A model generated the notes under the pieces. The model searched no databases. It saw only the letters and a program-made list of their open reading frames with translations, and was not told the DNA's origin. A DNA stretch of 62,532 nt, counting the filler, from Choristocarpus tenellus KU-1152 (lineage: Eukaryota; Protista; Phaeophyceae): assembly GCA_964200185.2 (NCBI GenBank). It is 11 parts of 11 records of this genome, joined end to end, with 100 filler letters (N's around TTAATTAATTAA, not from the genome) between each part and the next. Parts side by side here need not be neighbours in the genome. Positions count along the whole stretch, not along the records: positions 11,343 to 15,256 come from CAXNAD020017180.1; positions 15,357 to 21,885 come from CAXNAD020007929.1; positions 21,986 to 29,688 come from CAXNAD020005723.1; 8 more parts are not named here. One strand, 5' to 3'. Positions 13,600 through 26,274 of this stretch are shown here, in pieces. Position 1 is the stretch's first letter. The number at the start of each line of letters is the position of its first letter. The position numbers were made by a program, and so were the translations under genes.

Positions 13600-14250
13600 A
13601 CTTCCCTCACGCTGCCTGTTCTTAGTTATGGTGTACTGTACCTCCAAAGCGTTACCCCTAATGCCTTCAAAACTTGTTTTTGCCGCTTAAAGAGGCTCTG
13701 TCATATCCTGTCTAAAGTAGCTGTGTTGTACGTGTTGTGCATGCTGTTTACCCCCTTCACAAGGTTGCCTACAGTACCGTAATGCTCCCTCCTAACTCTA
13801 CTTTTTCGGGATGCAAAGGATATCAAATCTTCGATATTGAGATCAGGTGGCTACACAGGCTGCATTACGAGCTTGATGTTCCACCCCTCCTCCTTCCCGG
13901 ATTCGTTGACCTTCCTCGGTGTGCCTTTCCATCTTCTTGCGTGACCACCTCCTCACCCTCCAACCACAGTATTTTTTCCTTCAACATGGTGGAGAGAAAA
14001 ATCTCCACGTACCACACCTGGTACCACACGGTGTCGATGGTCACAACACAGTCATATACTGCTGCCCCCTCTCACGTTCAGCCGAATTTCTCTGCGCCTG
14101 GTTGATGACTCGAACACGCCAGATTCCGATCTTGCCGTCGAATTTAGGGGAAGTATCTGACCATGAGAAAGCGCAGATGAACTTCACCTTAGGAATGTAA
14201 CTCTTGTGCTGTACCTTAGTGGAGCCCACCCTTTCCTCCCCAGCCGTTCC
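13600..14250 (-). mobile_element. Mariner (DD39D plant/oomycete-type) transposase pseudogene
   Basis: YIPKVKFICAFS..FDGKIGIWRV..AQRNS, then VTQP.PPDLNIEDL (compare QPPNSPDLN). Disrupted frame. Confidence 0.7.
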
Positions 14251-15464
14251 TTGCTACTAGACTAAAGGACTCGCGTCGCAGATGATCCTGAGGCTAAGCG
14301 AGAGTCGCCAACCACATTGTAAATACTGAAAATGGGCTGAAAAGAATCGTTTTTTCGGTTCCACTTCTCCGAACATATTCAAAACTATTTCAGAACAAAA
14401 TGTGAAAACCAAAATCCAGTTCGAACAATTATGCCCAGAGCCTTGAATACAACTCATATATCAGTGCGAAAGTCTTCGTGTTTGTGAAGAAATGGTGAAA
14501 ACAAAACGTGAAGATTTACATCGTTGCAGACATAATAATAGGGAACAAAGCGAGTACGAAAAAAAACTCCTATACTTTCAAGGTGTGACTTCAATCCTGC
14601 TGTGAGATGGTAAAAATTTTATGGAAGTTTTTGTTGGGCATACAGGTGCGCGGATTTACACCGATCCTTCACTCATATATTATTCTTTCTAACCCTAACT
14701 CTAATCCTAAGGAGTACAAACAGAATATATTCCACCACAACAAAAAAACAAGTATGCTTACCATCCGTCCCAGTAATCCTTTCCCATTTTTTATTAGTTG
14801 TGTTACGATGAACTTTAGAAAGAAAAGTAGTTTTTTTGTAAATAACAATCACAATAATACACACGAAAATAATAATAATACCAATCACAATCACAGAAGT
14901 ACCAACGATAATAATAATAATAGCAACAGCACAATCATATTATGTAAGAAGAATAGTATCTCTCTCCACTAATTCCTCTTAAACGTCATGCAGTCACCCC
15001 ACCAACCTCCATGCAACACGCTGGATATTTTTTCAATAACTCTAAAAGGAGATTAAGGATGTTGAGGCTGTGGTACTCTTGTGACCACCACTCTTAAGAA
15101 ATTCCCCCCTCCCCCCTTATTCTTCTGGCCCTGATCAAGCCATCATTCTTCAGTGGTGGTAATGATCTTGGTGATTACAAGAGTGTTCTTGCTTCATGCT
15201 TTCACCCTCCGACTCAAAGATTTGGAGGGGGGGGAGGGTGGCGACTGTCCTTTCGGNNNNNNNNNNNNNNNNNNNNNNNNNNNNNNNNNNNNNNNNNNNN
15301 TTAATTAATTAANNNNNNNNNNNNNNNNNNNNNNNNNNNNNNNNNNNNNNNNNNNNGTCTTGCCCGGTGATTCTCTTCGCCACCCTTGCCTGAGTGAACC
15401 ACGCCGCCACAGAATCACACGATTCACAGTTGTAATAATACTATTAATATATACACATATGTAT

Positions 15465-15530
15465 ATAGTTTCCATTGGTTTTCTCCTGAAACATCTGCAA
15501 AATGTCAGAGGGCATAATAAAATAATATAC
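15465..15530 (+). repeat. Copy of the ~65-bp upstream element
   Basis: atagtttccattggttttctcctgaaacatctgcaaaatgtcagagggcataataaaa, ~210 bp before ATG 15737. Confidence 0.75.
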
Positions 15531-15736
15531 TATTAATGCAATGTTGCACCTTTTTGTACCAACTACAGGTACTGTCATACAAGTTTGATAGTAAAGTATA
15601 TAAAATTGCTACAGAATAACCTCTGTCGAAGAAATATAACAGATTACAGACCCAGAACCACTATTGTACTCCAGATCCATCAGTTCAAGACTCCTGTTCA
15701 CATAAACATCTTGATAGCACCCCACTAATCAAAAGG

Positions 15737-16403
15737 ATGCGGTGGTGGTGGGTGTCTATCCTGTCGACAGCAGCGCCTGGTCTCTCTTTTACCGTCCCTA
15801 TCACTCATTCACGATCATGGCCCTTGTTGCCTGTAGGAACATTGCAGATCAATGACCAGGGGGTTCATCGATGGCATGAGTCATTGTCAACTACACAGGC
15901 AAAGCTTTGGAGACCCCTCCCGATGCAACTGAATGTGGGTCCTGCTTAAGTACCAAACTTCCTCTTCGAGAGTGTACCTCTCGACCAAGCTATTTGCCTC
16001 GAATAGTCAACTGAGTTGCATGTCTCATCTCAATGTTCCCCCATCGTGTTGGGCGCTTTCGTTCCTGTTGTTCCAGGCCCAGGATCAGCAAGTAGGTGAC
16101 CCCGACTCACAGCAGCGTTTACTGAATGTGGTTTGCAATGACGTCGTCAAGACTATCCTTCGTGGACAAGACGATGATGTGAAGGCGTTGCATGGGAGGC
16201 TGCTAGGGCACCGTGATGAGATCGTTTTGGATGAGATGTCAGGTATTTTCTTCGAGAACCTCCTTCTTGTTTGCAAGCACGAGCTTCACCCCGACGTGGA
16301 TAAGCTCAAGGGTAGATACTCGAAGGCATGGACAACCATCTTGCATTATATCGAGGATGCAGGTTGGCAACTAACGGACCCTCCATTCAGAGTTATGGGA
16401 TAG
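15737..16403 (+). CDS. Hypothetical plastid-targeted protein, 174 aa (exons 15737-15934, 16077-16403)
   Basis: Signal-like MRWWWVSILSTAAPGLS-F. In-frame GT-AG intron with pyrimidine tract (ttcctgttgttccag). Second exon looks like a helical coding domain. Confidence 0.6.
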
Positions 16404-18384
16404 CGTGTTCAGGGAGACTCGTCAGGTAGTTGTCAAGAACTAGGTAGACTCTGGACATCTAGAGTGGTGGATAGAGAATTAGAGTTTCTCACAGGTGAGA
16501 AATCTTCTTATCAACAGGCCTCATCTGTCTTTTGATTGTGTAGTTTTACCCCTGCTATGTGGACCCCGTTAGGTGTTACTGTGTTTAGAAGAAGAACTTA
16601 TTCTCAACTTGTGGCAAATCGCCTCTGCCTGTAAGGCATCGTCGATCACAGTGGAGCATCATTCCTACTCATATGTGCGCTAGATACAGCATTGTATTTC
16701 ACTTTGTTGTACTATGCAGATCAAAGATCAGTTCTGGAGCTCTGTGCCCTATCAGTCGCACTTCTAACGACCATGTGTTCCCCTTCCATCTGAAGAGGAA
16801 CCCCTTTGCTTGGAATATTATCAAAACATGAACATTGCTGAGGTCAATTGATCCACTTAAATACAAAGAAACGATATTGCCAATGCATAGATGAGATGTG
16901 AAGTGACTCTGCCCACAAGCTGATGCTAAGTTTTGTGGTGAAGCTCTTCATTCTATCAATACTCGTCTCTACAACAAGCTCACTGTTGAAAAGCCCCAGC
17001 CTGTATAATATGAGCAAATCCACTCCCATACCGACATCAAGTGGTGCGCAGATCTAGCAATTGTTGATGACTGCCAACAAAACTGCCAGAGGCTGTTGCA
17101 TTACCTAATTCTGCTGAAAGCAGCAAATGGCTAGTGAATATCAAAGGGTCTTTATCCCTAAGAAAGCTTCAAAGCCTAACCCTACCCTCAGAGAACAAAG
17201 CCTTATGACCCAACCTTCCCTTTGGTCTGCAAGTCGTGGGATGACAGTCTTGATGGTCCAGGTCGGCTGGTTGCTTGAGGCCACACCTCTCCGATAGCCA
17301 TCCATGCTCTCACCTTGGATGAGTGAGGTCGGCATGTTACTACTGTGCTTTTGTTGGCAGCAGTATCCAAGTGTTTGTCACAGGTCATCATGTTCTTTTG
17401 TTTCTAGTATATCAGAGAGTCGCCATTCATTGCACTCAAAATTAGTTTTCAAGATGCAACCTTTGACTAAAAATTGCATCTTCTGCAATTAAACCACCTG
17501 CCTGCTAGAAGGATTGCAATCCTTCCCGGGTGTAGGTTAGTGTGAGCTTTTTTGCATGTAGGAAATATTGCACTGTGATTTCCCTCTAGATATTCAGATT
17601 ATTTTACTGAATAGTGTACATGCAGGTAATTTGGTCAAGGGGTCATGCCACTGGAATTAGGGGGGGGGGGAATATCCGTACTGCCAATACAGCTAACAGG
17701 CACTATCAGCTGCAGAGTTCTTATGGTGTTATTAATTCATGATGTGATTTTTTTGGAATGGTTGATGGAATGTGATAGGTTTTGGCTATGTTATTGATGA
17801 TTTGCTTGAGGAGTAAACTATGCTTAGATGTGGAGCTCTCTATAGTAGGGCCTAAAATGTTGTATTGTAGTGGTATCTGTGGGGTAGCTGAGGGATTATT
17901 TTTTTCGTAGACCAGGAGCAGGGCACTTGGGTCTGCAGCTTTGCAGACAAAAAATGTGTAGGTGCTCCTTCCATGTTCAGTTTGAAGTTTTAGAGATGCT
18001 TTCATCCTACGTGAGACCGATTTGGTGCTGGTGATGGGTGCAGTGGTGCCTCTTGAGTTGTGGTACCTGTTGACTAAAGGTGATGTGAAGTGGTTTTGAA
18101 GTAATCTTTTCAGGATCATTATCAATATACCTTGTGTTGTCATGGTGCTTGCTGGGAAGTTGTCTGTGCACCCATGAGGTCATGGTGTGGGAAGGGCATT
18201 CCAAATTTGAACCATCAGTTATTGCAGCAACACTGCCATGCTGCTGCCCCAACCCTATCCCTAACCCTAACCAAGGTGCTCTCCCCTCCTACCATGCTAC
18301 TGGATATTTGGCCATAGTGTAATGGTGAAAAGCACGCCTGCGCCCCGAAACAGAATGCACACAGTTGCACATGACTACACACAC

Positions 18385-20400
18385 CTTTGGACCTGATTTG
18401 ATCCAGCCTTTTGGGTCTGTGAAGAGGTGGGTGTCACTCTTTCGGGGTGGAAGCTCTCTAGGGGGCCTCCCTGTGTAGGGTCCTGAAAATGCATCCAATG
18501 AAGAGATGAGATCTATCACTGGTCAGGGGTTTCTCCGAAGTGAGAATTGATAGTGTTTCTTACTCCAAAGTACGTTTTTTTAAATGTACATTTTTTTTTT
18601 CTTGTGCATATTTTGATTTTTTGTATTTCAATTTCTCAATCTGCCAGAGTTTCTACTTCGTTGCCCTTTTGGAGCTGTTAATCGCTACTTAATAATAGCG
18701 TTTATGATGGACAAAAAAAAAAAATTACAAGCAAGAGGTCGTCAGGGAAGTGCACATGTAGTCAAGGTGTCAAGGCTTTGAAATGAGTAGTGGTAATCAG
18801 TCTGCTTTGCTTATTTCATTGCAGCTTCAAATTGCAGAGGTTGAGATCAATAACAATTCTAATGTGGTACTAAAATAAGGATGGCAGATCCTTCACAGAA
18901 CCCCTCATTGTCAGGTTCAAAGATTCACTTCGGTGACTGGGAGGAATGCCTACCCAACCTGTGACCTCCTGGAACTGGTCTCAGACTGAAGAAAATATAA
19001 AAATATTAACGTACAGGTGTTCAGGCACACCGATCCACTCCATCACTTCTCTGTGCATATTTCATATACCCCACAAATTGTGCTGTGGTGAGGAAATTTT
19101 TGAAGACTCAGAGATGAGTGTGAGTGGTATCATTTTCAACAATGAGATTAATACATGTAATGAAAGGACATGTTGCTACATGTCATGGTTCATTGTCACA
19201 TGGGTGCTTATCAATATGGATGACCATGTAGACATTACGATGTAGGAGAAATAATTGAGACCTTGCCTTCTGTTGCCACCCCAAACTTGTCTGGAAGTGG
19301 CATTGCTGCAGATGGCCCAAATTGCCTCTGAAACATGGGTTTCCTGGCCAACCTTTCCTGGGCTTGTCTCTCATGCTCGGCATTCCTCTTGTATTGACAG
19401 TTATATTCTCCCCCAGAAGCTACTGCATAGAAGCATCCCTGTGTCTGTTCTGAGATCTAAGATCCAGTGGGTCAAGCCGGAAGGGTGCTGGTGCTATACT
19501 TTATACATGCCTTGAAAATAGCCAGCCTCTTGAGGTATACCAACAGCTGACAATTCATGCCTCTCGTCATTGCTTGGTCAATGCACAATCTGCAGAGTAC
19601 TGTTGAAGTATCTACCCCCCCCAATCCGTTAAAAATTGAACACTTCTAAAAAGCTTACCTTCTGGAAGTGTCTATAGCTGCTGTGATTCCGCCTGTTATC
19701 ACGAACCGGTACTCTCACCACTTGTCCTTGCTGCCTACTCCCACCTCCTGCCCTCCTCTGTCGCTGCTGTTCCTGGGCAAGAGAGTACCCACACATCTAG
19801 CCACTATTAACGCCTTAATATGAAATTTACTCCATATTATTTGCATATTCTTTTTTCCGCACTTTATAAATTGTGTTGCGGACATGATTATACAGTTACC
19901 AATGCATCCGCACCTTTTTGCCAGCCCCATGGGTTTGTGGGGACTCTTGCTGGTCCCAGCGGGCCTCTGTGACATTGCTAGGCTGTGTACATGCTCCACT
20001 GGAGGCTCCATTTAGCATAGCTGGGGCTGTCCGTGCACTTAGTTGCTCCAGGCCATTATTTTGTGCATCACTCTGCAAGAAGGGGATAATAACGCAAGCA
20101 TAGGCACTTGCCATTTCACACAGGGTTTGGCCAGACTGTTCTTTGCATAACCACATCATACGGCACCGAAACTATGTCAAGGACAAGCCTTCTGCACTTT
20201 CTCCCTCATGCAATTATGGTATAATGCAACTTGCCTGTCTCTGCACACCATCCTGGGAACCACCTCTGTGTTGGAGCTCAGCGACAATTCGGGAGAGGTC
20301 TAGGCCAAGTGTTTGTCCCAGGCGTGAAATCAACACTCTCTCTCGACCTGGTGCATCAGGCATCAATGGCTTGCTACTTCTTTCTCCCTGGCTTCCACCT
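18385..20400 (-). CDS. Unknown multi-exon gene, partial (exons ~20400-20235, 20072-19914, 19772-19659, 19438-19262, 18482-18385)
   Basis: Three consecutive phase-0 exons are open and bounded by AG/GT (SDAQNNG..GAGKK | EQQRQRR..HFQK | GCFYAVASGGEYNCQYKR..). No family recognised and ends not defined. Confidence 0.45.
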
Positions 20401-22094
20401 TGGAAACATTTCCTTGTCACATGTCCTGGAACCCCTTCTAGATCTACTTGGTTGCCCTAGTTTTTGGCATGCAATGTGTCAAGGGGAAAGTCTTGGACAA
20501 AGGTGACTTATGTTGGTGTCCTATTTCCAACTGTGTGATATGAAGGATGGTTATGGGGGGGACAAATAGGCATTGTTTGACTTTAAATTAAACCAATCAA
20601 AGGACTCTCCTATTGTGCAAGGTTAGGAAATATTGAACTTGACAAAGCTTGCAATTTGAGAGGGCCTTCTCAATAGTTATTTTTTGGTGTCTTACTTATT
20701 CACAGCTTTGAAGCATACAGAACACTGAGCAGCACACCCTGAAACAAAACTAACATGCAAATTTTATTGTTTCGTGTTAACAAATGCAAGAGAGCTCTAA
20801 GAGGAACAGCACTGGTTGAATACAGTGTACCCTCTGTTCTTCGCTACACTGTCGATGGTAGCCATTTCATTATGAATACATACATACCTTTGCAATGAAT
20901 ACACCATTTCCAAGCAACTGCAAACACCATCACAGTTGTAGGTAGGAGTGTCAAGAACACAAAACACCTCACATGCCTCACGTAGTAGTACTTTAATGTA
21001 GTATACTGTGCCATGGCAGTCAGAGAGACGATGATCTGACTGCCATGGCACATCACCACTTGGGGGTTAGAATAACATCGAAATATACACATGCCAAAAC
21101 CCCTAAGAAAAAATTTAATTTGATAAAACTCTGCTAGCATGATGGTACATGTCCTGCTGGTCTGGATTAGTATACTCAGGTGCGCTATGGAGTTATGCAT
21201 GGCTTGGAGATGCAGTTTAGTGAGGTTTTTGTCCCATGTAAGTTTTTGATCTCGTCCGTCGATACCTACACGATAGGAACTGATGCAAACATGGAGTGAT
21301 TTCATTGGATGCATGAAGTGCTAGGGTGCATCCCGTGCAAAATCATTCAAGAATGCCTTAGGTTCAACCTCATCAATCAGACTCTCATCAGAACTAGAAT
21401 TTGTAACATTCTCTTTGAAAAGGCTTCGACAGCTACACCATCATACACACAAAGTATCAATTCCTGGATCCAGGTTGTTCTTGCAGGAAGCATACTGCTT
21501 AGTTGCCCACCCACCTGGCAGGCAAGGATGTGGCAGCGGCTTTCTGGAGGAGCCACAGCAGTCCTATGTGTAATTCGAACAGGTGGTTGACTGCATCTTT
21601 TGTTTGGTGTGTTCTGTGATAGTTCCACTAGGACAGGGAACGGCATGTAGGAATGAGGTGGGTATATCGTGGTTTGTTTGGGATCAAGTGTGGTTGAAGA
21701 CAGTTGCCATACTTATTGTCAACGCTCCACACAGTAGTAAAACTAAACCATGCACCTAGTCCTGTACAAGGTACTTAGAAGTACTTTGGGCAAGGTGTCC
21801 TCTACGCAGTTGTGGATATGCTTCTTGCATTTTGCAACCATGAACAAATACTTCGGGCATCCTTAGGGTCAAAGTATCTGGGGGGNNNNNNNNNNNNNNN
21901 NNNNNNNNNNNNNNNNNNNNNNNNNNNNNTTAATTAATTAANNNNNNNNNNNNNNNNNNNNNNNNNNNNNNNNNNNNNNNNNNNNGTGAAGTAACTGATT
22001 AGTGGTTTCCACACTTACAATGTTTTATAGTTTCTTATGTTTAGGATATTTTATTTATTTAGGGCTAACAACGACATATATATTATTTTATTAT

Positions 22095-22198
22095 ATATAT
22101 AGTTTTCATTGGTTTCCCCCCTGACACATCTGCAAAATGTCAGAGGGCATAATAATAACATAATTATGTGTGGTATTTTTATTATTATGCCCTCTGAC
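22095..22198 (+). repeat. Upstream element copy ending in a perfect 20-bp hairpin (22139-22158 / 22179-22198)
   Basis: gtcagagggcataataataa ... ttattattatgccctctgac. Confidence 0.85.
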
Positions 22199-22506
22199 CA
22201 TAGCATTCTTTAACATTCCACCTTAAATAGTTCCATATACTGAATTTGTATAGACATATTTGATTCTGAGTTTTGGGGCCTGCGGCATGATCTCTTGCCC
22301 AATCAAAAGACCCCAAGGATTGCGCAAAGTGTGAAGTATGAAGCAAATAATGAAACATTGGGATACATGATAAAGTTTACCAGAGACGTCCCCACTGTCC
22401 ATGTCCTCGTTGTCCACACCATAACAGTTAAGAGTCTGCCAAGAGCTACGCATCGGAACATAGACACTCAATTTGCACAGGAGTGCATAACTCACCATTC
22501 GCCGGT

Positions 22507-25500
22507 ATGAAGCTCTTATGGTTGGTGTTGGCGCTTCTCCTCATCAACACTTCTAGATCGAGTGTGGCTCCAACAGCAAACCTCCTTACTTGTGTCACGG
22601 ACTACGACGAAACAGCAAATGTGGACTACTTCCCAGAAAAGGCAACTATAACCAGGGCAGAAACATTCTCTGTAGAATACTTCAACAGCTACAAGGTTTT
22701 GACTGTGTCCGACGATTTTGCCCAATCGACGTACATATTGTATCAATGTGGTACACCCCAACCGGTTGTGGCGAACACCACCGCGTACATCGAGGTACCG
22801 GTCTCAAACATCTCCACCGGTTCGTCCTCCCACATCCCCTATATTGAGGTGAGTAACGGCGTTTAAATACTCGCAACTACATCTTGCAGTATTGTTGAGG
22901 ATTTCTGTCCTTTTTTGGTTTCCAACTTGGTCGTTGAATGCCAGTCCCTATTCACCCCCTGGTTCGAAGACGCAATAAACTTCTAATTTTTCGTTACAGA
23001 TGCAAAGTATTTACATAACTGTGCACCCTGACAATGCTGCAGGAGATTAGTTAAGCACAATCCAACGAGTAACCAATCACATCTCTTGCTCTATCTTATC
23101 TCGAAGGTTATCTATATACCACAAAATAACAGAATTTCCTCGTGTATGCCGTTTGTGGAATCCCCTCTGTTCTGCGCGATTTGCTCTCTTTACTATTGGC
23201 AGTTGCTTGATGAGCGCGAGTCTATTGTGGCGTTTCATGGAAACTCCTCCATAATTGGTTCCCCGTGTGTTGACGAGATGGTTGCAAGCGGGCTCGTTGT
23301 GGACGCATCATATGTGAATGAAGAATGCCCCTCTTTCCCAATAGCTAATAACGAGGTCCTGGAGGAGATGAGAGTTCAGGTATGTGGGGTGGTACATAGC
23401 TTTCTTGCTGTTACAAACTTCTGCCACCCAAACCTTGTGTGATCAAATCACTTTTTGATGTTGCATGCTCCTTAACACTCAGTGTTCAACTTCTCTACCA
23501 CCCATCCGCCTTTACCTGAAGCACATGTCCTTGGCGGAGGTGAAAGGACAGTGCGCATTAACCTCTATGCAGAACAACATCCGCGATTGACCAACATCAC
23601 CCTTCCCGTCTCTCTGTACAAATTTCCCCGTGACAATTTCTTGGCAGGTGTCATTTGGAGATGGCAACCCTGCTGTAATATATTGTGGGTCGTCAATTCT
23701 TTCCCTCTACAATGGTGTAGGAGTTGTCTCATATGCTGAGAAAGGAGACGAGCCCAGCTTGAAGGAGGCAGAGGCGATCAAATTATTCTCCCTTTTTTAT
23801 AACAAGGAGACAATTGCCACAGAGGCTTACGAGCAAGTAGTGGTACGTCAGAGGCCCTCACCCTCACTTTTTAATGTGCTTCTGCCCTATATCTGCATGG
23901 TACGGGGAGCGGCCTAATTCTGTTGATGCTAAGATGAAGGTACCTTTATTGTATACCCTGCCAAACCTAAACAGTGCCTGTTCACGTTTTTTTGACTAAA
24001 GCTTGCTGAGGTGCATGAAGGTCAAATCTGCCTTTATTCCTGGCATAGTCATGAATGAAAACCCGTCCACGCATGGTGATCCACCCCAGCAGGTGTTCAA
24101 TTGTCACACTTGCCAGAACTACACAATTCTGCACTGCTGTTGTCACATTATATTTGCTTGCTGTGCAACTGACTTTAAACCCTCTGACAGAACATTTGCA
24201 TTAATGGAAGTATGTTTCAGACATTGAGGGACGAAAGAAGACAGGAGGGTGGGGGGATCCGACATCCATGCTTAATATTGAATGGGAAAGAAAAATACAG
24301 AGTCATCAAGGGGACTGCCCAATCAAAGAGTTGGACGTAGTGTTTATAGGCACCCAGCAGGAAGCAGACCTTTTCCATAGTTCCAGACAGATTGTTATGG
24401 TCAGTGATTTGAGGTACGCAGAGCCTCCTGCTATTTGATACAACATGTTTGTGACCCCTTCCCCAAAAGCACCCACCTTTGTTGCCCTTTTTACTCTCTG
24501 GCGACATCTGCTCAGCACCCATCCAAGTAACCACTACCTGTTTCAACTTTCCCCCTACGATGACGCTAGGAACTCTGGGATTGTACAGCTACTAATGCCC
24601 AGGGATGTTCCCTGCAACTGGATGATGTCCCTGATGTAGCTTGGTTTCCATATGTACCCACCCTGGCAGCCTATGGTGACTTCGCATCAGGCTGGGGTGC
24701 TCCTGTTAATGGTACATACTACGATGATGCCATCACCAAGGCAGGCGGGAGGATGGTAAGTGACATGATCTGATGTGCTACAGGTTCTATGAAGAGTCTC
24801 TCTATGTACGTGTGTGTGTTTGGAAATGCAGAGGATGAAGATCGCATAGATCAGAGGACAACAAATTCCCGAGTAACTACTGCTTCGAATGGTGTGGGAC
24901 CTCGAACGCAAAACCTGGAGTTCTATATTTGTATAGAGCATCCTCCACAAGGACATAGTAGATGGATGGGGAGAGACCTTTTACAAACCTTAATCATGCC
25001 TTGGAGAATTACCGACAGAAAGGGGGTCTGGGGCAGAACATTGCTTCGGGATTGTGATGTGTTTCTTGCTTTCCTACATGTCAAGCTTTGCTTCCTTGTT
25101 TGTGCTCCCCCTCCAAGGTGGTGAATTCGTTCAAGTGCAAGGGAGAACACGATAGACTGATTGAACACCCCACCTAGTGTACCCTGTCCTATCCTATCCA
25201 AAGTGCACATCACTGCCGAATTCCCCTAACCCTACTTTTGCCCTTTCTTCGAGTGCAGATCCCCTGTGAGTCTACTTCGCAGTATGCACTGCTAACTGAC
25301 GAGGACATGCTTGCCTGTTTCATGGATGCTGAGATTTGTGTATTTTCCGCAAATTTTGACCTGGTACGTATTTAAGAGGGAAGTGAAGGGGGGGGGGCAG
25401 TAGGAGGGAAAGAAAGGGGAGGATAAGAATCGAGCATACACTAAGGTCGACACGTTTTTGTACCGTGATTATGATTATGTGTTCTTTGACTGTTTTGGAA

Positions 25501-26226
25501 GCCCTCTTGGGTTGACTTGTTGATACCAGGAGTTTTGCTGCAGAATGAAAGTATCTTAGGGTTAGGGTACGAGTTTTGCCCTGTTTGTTCGATTTTGGCT
25601 TCCCACAGGTTTTTTTATGACAGTTTCCTCCTCCGAAATGTTTCGGAGTAGGAAAAATGTGTATGTTATGAAAAAGTATGTTCGGAACAAGGATATTGAC
25701 ACTTGCAAATAAACACCATAGCCAAAAGTACATCAAAATCGCAATGTGGGATTTTGACCCCCAAACGGACGCTGTCATACCCTCTAAGATAATTTGACTC
25801 TGCAGCGAGTTCTTGAGCTGAACCCAAGCTCTATCTAGTGCCTTCAACACTGTTCAATTCATCTCAGAAACACGGTGTGATCACCGTTGTAGTGTTGGGT
25901 TCACGTGTGTCATGTTCATGGTTGCAAAAAATGGTTCTTGTGTTGTTTTGGTGCCTAGGTTGTCAGTGGTCATTGGTGGTCGAGGGACTCACTTTCCCTC
26001 CTACTCCTCTCAGCTTTCACACCCTCCCCTCAGCTTTGCCTCCCTCTCCACCTCACACCAACCACATTCCACAGGTGAAAGAGGTCATGGCAGAGGAGGT
26101 CTGGGGGGCCCTTGAGTGTGTCAAGAAAGGCAACGTGTACGACATCTACCTAAACGACAACAGCTGGTTTGAGGCCAAGGCCGTGGAGCCACACGTGAGA
26201 TTCCATTTCCCACCATCAGCCCCCAT

Positions 26227-26274
<48 letters not shown>

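Noticed and set aside
14607-14972. 121-aa Asn-rich ORF
   Set aside because: It arises from an AAT-type microsatellite and has no coding signature.
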